NCBI GenBank assembly: GCA_018823885.1
Contig: JAHJHG010000007.1
Location: 1-54,256, forward strand
Length of the DNA: 54,256 bases
Direction of reading: 5' to 3'
Source of the DNA: Patescibacteria group bacterium
Lineage (GTDB): Bacteria; Patescibacteriota; Microgenomatia; UBA8517
Shown here: positions 48,706-54,256 of the stretch, piece by piece
Position numbering within the stretch: the first letter of the stretch is position 1
How the letters are laid out: each line of letters opens with the position of its first letter
The notes under the pieces: model-generated
What the model saw: the letters and a program-made list of their open reading frames with translations, nothing else
Databases searched by the model: none
Told to the model about the DNA's origin: nothing
Translations under genes and position numbers: made by a program

Positions 48706-49631
48706 TTCCAAGAACCTTTCCCGAATCGACCTAAATAAAAATCTCTGGCCCCAATCTTTTGCCACTTCCTCCCGATTAAAAGGTGTTTGAGGCTTTCCCT
48801 AATTAATGCAAATTTAGTTCTTAAAGACACATAGCGAATACCGAAAAGCAGTCTGTTGCGAGTTGTAAAATAATCATTCAGACCACTTCCAATTCCAGAG
48901 CTTTGAGCCACTTTATGCCAAAGATGTGCAAAAGGATAATACACAACCTTCCAACCGGCCTTCCTCGCCCTTTGTGATAAGTCAGAGTCCTCGTAATAAG
49001 CAAAATATCTCTTGTCGAGTAACCCTATCTTGTCTAAAACTTCTCTTCTAATTAAAATACAGCACCCTGTTGCAAAATCAGTTTCCTTCGTTTTGTCATA
49101 TTGTCCTTCATCTACTTCATCAACACCATGATTCGAGCCGTAAACATTGTTCCAATCTATGTCCCCTCCTGCATACCAAAATACTTTTCCCAAATCCTTA
49201 TCTTTATATCTAGCTTTATGAAACTCAAATCCTTTTGCGAAATATATTTTTGGCGATATTAGCCCAATATCTTTATGCTTGTTCGCATACCCAACAAGAT
49301 TAGATATACAATCTTGTTCCACTATCGTATCGTTATTAAGAAGAATGATGTAGTCTGCCCCAGTATCAAGCGCGTATTTAATCCCAACATTATTGCCCTT
49401 AACGAAGCCTGTATTTTCTTCTAGTTCAATTAATTTCCATCTTCTGTTACCTACCTTCTTTGCTTCTTTTATGTATCTGGCTACGGTCTGTTGTGACCCA
49501 TCAGTTGATCCATTGTCCACAACAATAATCTCTAACTCAAAATCTTTAATCCTCGATTCTTTCAAGGATTTCATGCATGATAAAGTGTCTTCTTTCCTGT
49601 TCCAATTTAAAATGATAATGGAAACCTTCAT
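48702..49631 (-). CDS. Glycosyltransferase family 2 (rhamnosyltransferase-like)
   Basis: IILNWN, VDNGSTDGS, GNNVG, LLNND, FAYYEDSD, RNRLLF. Confidence 0.9.
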   Translation of the reverse strand: MKVSIIILNWNRKEDTLSCMKSLKESRIKDFELEIIVVDNGSTDGSQQTVARYIKEAKKVGNRRWKLIELEENTGFVKGNNVGIKYALDTGADYIILLNNDTIVEQDCISNLVGYANKHKDIGLISPKIYFAKGFEFHKARYKDKDLGKVFWYAGGDIDWNNVYGSNHGVDEVDEGQYDKTKETDFATGCCILIRREVLDKIGLLDKRYFAYYEDSDLSQRARKAGWKVVYYPFAHLWHKVAQSSGIGSGLNDYFTTRNRLLFGIRYVSLRTKFALIRESLKHLLIGRKWQKIGARDFYLGRFGKGSWK

Positions 49632-49641
49632 ATATATTTAA

Positions 49642-50541
49642 TCAAGAAATCTTAAGCTTCCTTTTTATTTTTTGAAGAACTCCTCCACCACCTTTAAGAA
49701 GAGTGTCCGCCTGCCAATAGTGAAGGTCGGACTCTTGCTTTTTCATTGTCTTAATAACCCTCTCTACACTAATTTCTTTCTCTTCAAATTTTTCACTTTG
49801 CCAAACCTTAAGATAAAGAGTTAGTTCTGAGAATGCCTGAAGCAGAGCCAAAGCAAGACCATGAATACCGTCTTTGTACCCTTCTCCTGCAAAGTATCGG
49901 CTCAAAAATTCAGAAGTGGGCTTTACTATCACATCTTTCCAAGAAAACTTATAACCATCATCAACTAACCCTTTCGCTTGAAGTGTGGTATATCTATTCA
50001 TTCTCTCAATGTACTGCTCAATGGATTCGTAATTATTGTGAATAATTGCCAAATCCTCTCTCGCTGGAAGATCTAATCCTTTTCCTTGAGTCATGGGAAC
50101 CGAATGAATTATTTCACTCCAAGAAACAAATTCTTTTTGAAAAAAACGAATATTGTGATCCGGCCACCAACGTGAATGCTTCACCCATTTCCCAAAAATT
50201 AAATTCTTTCTAGGAAGTCTGTAATAATTGGCACTTGGGTTTTTGACGATTTCTTTTAACTTCTTTGCCAGGTTTTTGGGAAGCTGTTCATCTGCATCTA
50301 TAATAAGTATCCATTTCCCCGTCGCCTTTCCTATCGCAAAATTTCTAGCCGGTTCTACATATCCCATCCTTTTGTATTCATATACCTTTGCCCCTGCTTT
50401 TTTTGCAATATCAACAGTACTGTCGTCCGATTTCATATCAACCACTATTATTTCATCGGCGAACTTTTTTACTGAAGCAAGCGCTCGAGGCAGATTATTC
50501 TCTTCATTAAGCGTATTTATGACTACTGATATCTTTGTCAC
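49642..50541 (-). CDS. GT2, WaaE/LgtF-like
   Basis: NTLNEE, VDMKSDDST, IDADE, WWPDHNIRFF, GYKDG; GTG start. Confidence 0.9.
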   Translation of the reverse strand: MTKISVVINTLNEENNLPRALASVKKFADEIIVVDMKSDDSTVDIAKKAGAKVYEYKRMGYVEPARNFAIGKATGKWILIIDADEQLPKNLAKKLKEIVKNPSANYYRLPRKNLIFGKWVKHSRWWPDHNIRFFQKEFVSWSEIIHSVPMTQGKGLDLPAREDLAIIHNNYESIEQYIERMNRYTTLQAKGLVDDGYKFSWKDVIVKPTSEFLSRYFAGEGYKDGIHGLALALLQAFSELTLYLKVWQSEKFEEKEISVERVIKTMKKQESDLHYWQADTLLKGGGGVLQKIKRKLKIS

Positions 50542-50547
50542 GCCTAA

Positions 50548-50556
50548 ATTTTACCA
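50548..50556 (-). promoter_or_regulatory. Putative extended -10 promoter (TGgTAAAAT), leaderless spacing
   Basis: Minus strand reads AA-TGG-TAAAAT-TTAGGC-GTG(50541). Confidence 0.55.
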
Positions 50557-50593
50557 TTTAATTGGGAGTTATTCACACGAAGACCTAATACTA

Positions 50594-52312
50594 TTAATTA
50601 TTGACTGCAAAAATGTCGACTTCGCTATTTTCAAAAATTTTCGTTATCCCAAGCTGACTTTCTCCTAATATTGCCCGTTGGCCTATGATCCAATAAATAT
50701 ATGAAATGTTGTTTTCCTCCAAAAAGCTTCTTGCCTCTTCCTGATTGGGTATCTTTAAGAATAACTCAACTTTTTCGCGTCGTCCTCTCCAATCATATCC
50801 CGTTATATCCAAATTTACCTCATCCTCTAAATAAACGATTTTTTCGCTAAAAGCTGAAACATATGCTGTCGATTCATATAAATATAGTGGCCTAGGAGGA
50901 TTAGCTAAAGCTTGCTTCGCAGCTTCTCTATCAAAAGGATAGGTCAAAACAATGCCGTCTGACTGCTTTGATAGAAAACTAAGCGCTTCAAGCTCTTCGT
51001 TAGAAATTTTAGCGGGCGGGCGAGAGGGTAAATAATGTTTAAGTGTCGCAACCGTGGTTGGAATACTCAAAATAATAATGATGATTCCTAAAATATTTAT
51101 TGATCTTTGCCCCTTCCTTTCGAGCCACTCTCCAAAAACGACTCCCGCGAAAATACCCGAGAACGTAAGGGAATAGTAGAAAAATTGAATTGTATTCCAT
51201 GGGGTTCCTTTCTGAAGAAAAAACATTGGAAATATAATTCCAAAAAATATCACCACGGCGAAAAATATTTCAATGAAAGATAGTTTTTTGTATTTTCTAA
51301 ACCATTGAACCATTAGAGGAGCTTTAATAATCCTTATCCCCATATTCCCAACTACGAAAATTAGAAAAGCGATAAAATATGCTGGAATTGCCTTGTACCA
51401 AATATTTCCTAAGCGATAATTTACCATTGCTTCAGCAAATCTCGGCCAATAAAACCTATCTGATAGACCCATCATTGTTTCCAAAAACCAAAAAGGGCGA
51501 AATACAATTAGACCAACAGCGTTCTGATTTAAGGGAAAAAAGAAAAGTGCGGCAAAGATACTTGATATAACAAACACTTTAATTAATGTTGTTTTCTTTC
51601 TTTTAATGAATTCGTAAAGGCCGGCAATAAAAAGTCCACCTAAAGATAAAATTCCTGCATATACTTTTATTTGAGCGAGAATTCCGAAAATCAATGATAT
51701 CGCCAAAAGACACCAAATTGTTGAAGATTTCTTTAGCTTAAGTAGGCCTATTAAACCTAAAAGTATTAAAACCACAGAGAGTGCGAAAGGTGGGTTTATA
51801 AGGGTTGAGATAGCTTGTTGTGACCAAAACAGAGATTCGCCACCAATTTGACCCTCTCTTGCCAATGAGATCACCCAACCAAAGCTTCCTGCAAAATATA
51901 TAAAAAATGTTGCCCAGAAGGCTTGAATTTTTGATTTCTTCCAGAGATAAACAAATTTATAAGTAAGAAAACCTGTTAAAAATGCAATTATTGGAGGAAT
52001 TATCTGAAAATATAATGTCTCGGCAGGAATTGTCGTAATTCTGTGGAGAATGGCTAGCAACAAGTCATAGCCAACATGATAATTTCTGAGTGTTTCGCCA
52101 GCAAAAACCGGCATTTGCCAGTTACCATTTGCAAGATGATTAATTAAAGCAATATGCCATACCCCATCATGCCCATTTGGCCCCCAAAACCCCTTTCCAA
52201 AAGAGTAAATCAAACCACTTTTAATCATAACCAAAGACCAGGTAACAGTTCCAATAATTATTAGCAATTTTATTGCACTATTATTTATCTTTAGTTTGGC
52301 TTTTGTCCCCAT
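50594..52312 (-). CDS. Polytopic membrane protein, putative GT-C
   Basis: TM1 then NGHDGVWH loop, NYHVGYD, NPP, many TMs and a C-terminal soluble domain (FLEENNISYIY...IFENSEVDIF). Confidence 0.65.
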   Translation of the reverse strand: MGTKAKLKINNSAIKLLIIIGTVTWSLVMIKSGLIYSFGKGFWGPNGHDGVWHIALINHLANGNWQMPVFAGETLRNYHVGYDLLLAILHRITTIPAETLYFQIIPPIIAFLTGFLTYKFVYLWKKSKIQAFWATFFIYFAGSFGWVISLAREGQIGGESLFWSQQAISTLINPPFALSVVLILLGLIGLLKLKKSSTIWCLLAISLIFGILAQIKVYAGILSLGGLFIAGLYEFIKRKKTTLIKVFVISSIFAALFFFPLNQNAVGLIVFRPFWFLETMMGLSDRFYWPRFAEAMVNYRLGNIWYKAIPAYFIAFLIFVVGNMGIRIIKAPLMVQWFRKYKKLSFIEIFFAVVIFFGIIFPMFFLQKGTPWNTIQFFYYSLTFSGIFAGVVFGEWLERKGQRSINILGIIIIILSIPTTVATLKHYLPSRPPAKISNEELEALSFLSKQSDGIVLTYPFDREAAKQALANPPRPLYLYESTAYVSAFSEKIVYLEDEVNLDITGYDWRGRREKVELFLKIPNQEEARSFLEENNISYIYWIIGQRAILGESQLGITKIFENSEVDIFAVNN

Positions 52313-53157
52313 GCTTCAAGTTCTCCTGTAAATGCCTTAAAAGAAATATTTCTAAAAGGCGTATTTTTAAGAATTTTCAACATAAAGTCAAAGAAAGTAG
52401 GAGCATAGTACCTTAGTCTGTTCATTATATATTCAAGGCTTAATATGTGATATGTTTTTGCTGTTTTAATATCAGTAAATCCCGCATTTTTCAGTGCGCG
52501 CCTCATTGTTTCCTGAGAGAAATACATAACATGCTCAACTGGTTTATAGTGATACCAAAAAGGACCCAATAGTTTTGACCATAATCCTCCCACATCTGGA
52601 GTTACAAGATAAACTATACCTCCCGGCTTTAATATTCCCTTTACTCTCTTAAGTTCCTGAACAGGATCTGTGACATGCTCAATAACATCTTGATATAAAA
52701 CAATATCAAAACTATCTTTGGCGTATGTATTGTTCCCTAGGACACCTTCCTTAACTTTCAATCCTCGTTTTTTCGCAAATTTATATGCATAGGCAGAAAT
52801 CTCCAAACCTTCCGCCTCTTTCCATCCAAGTCTTTTTGCTTCTACTAAACAATCGCCCAGCGCACAACCAACGTCAAGAAGTTTGCCTTTTCCAAATCTC
52901 TTTTCAATCTTCTTAAGACGATTCGAAAAGGTCTTTTTATTGACGGCCATCCCATCAAAATAATTTGCGTACCCTCCTTTAGGATTTTCATTTATAAAAT
53001 ACCTTTTATCATATTGAGCTAAAAGATTATCGGGGGGAAAGAAATCCCAAACCATTTTGCAATTTTTGCATCGAGCTAATCTGTATCCAGACATGGCCCA
53101 GAATTTTTCCTCCTTGCTTTTTTTGCAAACAGGGCAAAATAATTTTTTAGATTTCAT
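52291..53157 (-). CDS. Class I SAM methyltransferase with N-terminal Zn-ribbon-like motif
   Basis: CPVC...CKNC, LLDVGCALG, DVIEHV, LKPGG..LVTPD, EHVMYFS. Confidence 0.9.
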   Translation of the reverse strand: MKSKKLFCPVCKKSKEEKFWAMSGYRLARCKNCKMVWDFFPPDNLLAQYDKRYFINENPKGGYANYFDGMAVNKKTFSNRLKKIEKRFGKGKLLDVGCALGDCLVEAKRLGWKEAEGLEISAYAYKFAKKRGLKVKEGVLGNNTYAKDSFDIVLYQDVIEHVTDPVQELKRVKGILKPGGIVYLVTPDVGGLWSKLLGPFWYHYKPVEHVMYFSQETMRRALKNAGFTDIKTAKTYHILSLEYIMNRLRYYAPTFFDFMLKILKNTPFRNISFKAFTGELEAWGQKPN

Positions 53158-54256
53158 ACTTATATATCCACCTATTACAAAAGGTTTCTGTATCCATTTT
53201 TTCTAACATATAATCTGAAACAACATGCTCTCTGCGCCAAGGAGAAAGAGCCATATTTCTGCAAAGATTATCATTTAATATACTAAATTGAAATCCTGCA
53301 TCTTTTTGATCTTGTATTACCAATACTTCACCCTTTTCTGGCAGGTCGCAATTAAGCCTTGAGTCGAATATTACAATCTCCCCCTCTTTGTAATTATCAC
53401 ACCCGCTCCTAAAGATAATGTTGTCGATTGTGTGTTCCTTGCTCCTTAGTTGCGGTGTGTCAACCTGCTGGCCATTGAAATATATAAGATATTGGTGATA
53501 CATAGCATAAGGAGATGTTGTAATAACTATTATGTTTTCATCGGTATTTTCTCTTGCTCTAGATATATAATTTGACACAACACGACCACTTAAAAAATGA
53601 TTCTCTTGTTGTTTTATTGGATATCTGAAAAAGAAAAATACCAGAAAGTTTACAAATAGTGTCAAATATAAAACTGCTGTGACACCAATGGCAACCTTTT
53701 TGTGTTTCTTGCTCAACTCCTGATAAAGAAAGGTTACACCACAAGCAATCAGAACAATTAAGGCAGGAATGAGCAAAAATCCCCTAAAAAAATATGAATC
53801 ACCTATTTTACTTACAGCTGAAGGTAAGGGGGCCACAATAAATAGTGCGGCAAGTAAAAATATAAAGCCATTTTTGTTTTTGTGGACTTTTAACCTGGCC
53901 AATCCGAACACCCCCAATAGAATGAAAAATATGTCTAGAAGATATATAACACCGTGTTCTCCAAACCTATAGATAGAGGGACTATCGCCACCAAAAAGCA
54001 GGTGGTCTGGCGATAGCCAGCCAATATATTTAGCAAACACCTCCTTCGCGAGAGATGTGCCTTTATTATAAAAAAGATTTGTTGCGGGAAAAGTTATTGA
54101 TGCCCTTCTTTGTTCGTTTATCTGAGTTGAAAACCTATCAAGATTCATAAAAACAAGCTCTCTGTCACTTCGCAAGGAAAGCGTATTTTCACCTGACAAA
54201 AGGCTTAAAGAAATAAAGTAACTTCCAATAAGTGCTAAAAATGTAAATAAATATAA
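53147..54256 (-). CDS. ArnT/PMT-like GT-C, 5' end beyond window
   Basis: Frame is open to the window edge (LYLFTFLALIGSYFISLSL precedes the tracked MSGEN); LFYNK, LSPDHLLFGGD, APLPSA, YFFRG match the array family. Confidence 0.75.
   Translation of the reverse strand, partial: LYLFTFLALIGSYFISLSLLSGENTLSLRSDRELVFMNLDRFSTQINEQRRASITFPATNLFYNKGTSLAKEVFAKYIGWLSPDHLLFGGDSPSIYRFGEHGVIYLLDIFFILLGVFGLARLKVHKNKNGFIFLLAALFIVAPLPSAVSKIGDSYFFRGFLLIPALIVLIACGVTFLYQELSKKHKKVAIGVTAVLYLTLFVNFLVFFFFRYPIKQQENHFLSGRVVSNYISRARENTDENIIVITTSPYAMYHQYLIYFNGQQVDTPQLRSKEHTIDNIIFRSGCDNYKEGEIVIFDSRLNCDLPEKGEVLVIQDQKDAGFQFSILNDNLCRNMALSPWRREHVVSDYMLEKMDTETFCNRWIYKYEI

Noticed and set aside
25250-48765. Longer N-termini in the ORF track (26323, 27213, 30501, 48765)
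   Set aside because: Downstream ATGs (26302, 27177, 30477, 48705) give ATGA, adjacent or shorter-overlap coupling and family-typical N-termini
1616-53972. Dozens of short plus-strand and nested ORFs in the track (e.g. 7654-7974, 39381-39788, 50228-50668)
   Set aside because: They lie antisense to or inside well-supported genes and show no recognisable motifs; expected shadow ORFs
53147-54199. 53147-54199 as a complete 350-aa protein or pseudogene
   Set aside because: The frame stays open to the window edge; it is simply truncated by the window
1-54256. Alternative genetic code (TGA read as Gly or Trp)
   Set aside because: TGA ends many full-length genes at ATGA overlaps, and no conserved domain appears interrupted

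Overview
AT-rich bacterial window (TGA is used as a stop, so standard code 11) filled end to end by one large cell-surface glycosylation locus of about 47 tightly packed or overlapping genes. All but one are on the minus strand, and the locus runs off both ends. Contents: about 19-20 polytopic GT-C-type membrane glycosyltransferase candidates (a tandem array of ArnT/PMT-like DE-motif paralogs, plus PIG-V-like, ALG6/8-like, YfhO and DUF2079 proteins), 10 GT2 and 3 GT4 soluble glycosyltransferases, 6 SAM methyltransferase domains, a Wzx-like flippase, and a perosamine-synthase-like aminotransferase next to a GNAT. The gene style suggests CPR/Patescibacteria, possibly Microgenomates; this is inference only. 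Most interesting: (1) a three-gene cassette (small YLDPGTGS membrane peptide, kinase-like/methyltransferase fusion, opposite-strand Thr-nucleophile alkaline-phosphatase-superfamily membrane enzyme); (2) a six-copy GT-C tandem array with a miniature copy inside it; (3) a duplicated two-gene, possibly split GT-C module; (4) recurring -10 boxes 6-8 nt upstream of start codons, suggesting leaderless internal promoters. No RNA genes, CRISPR arrays or mobile elements were seen. All family calls come from motif recognition by eye, not database searches.
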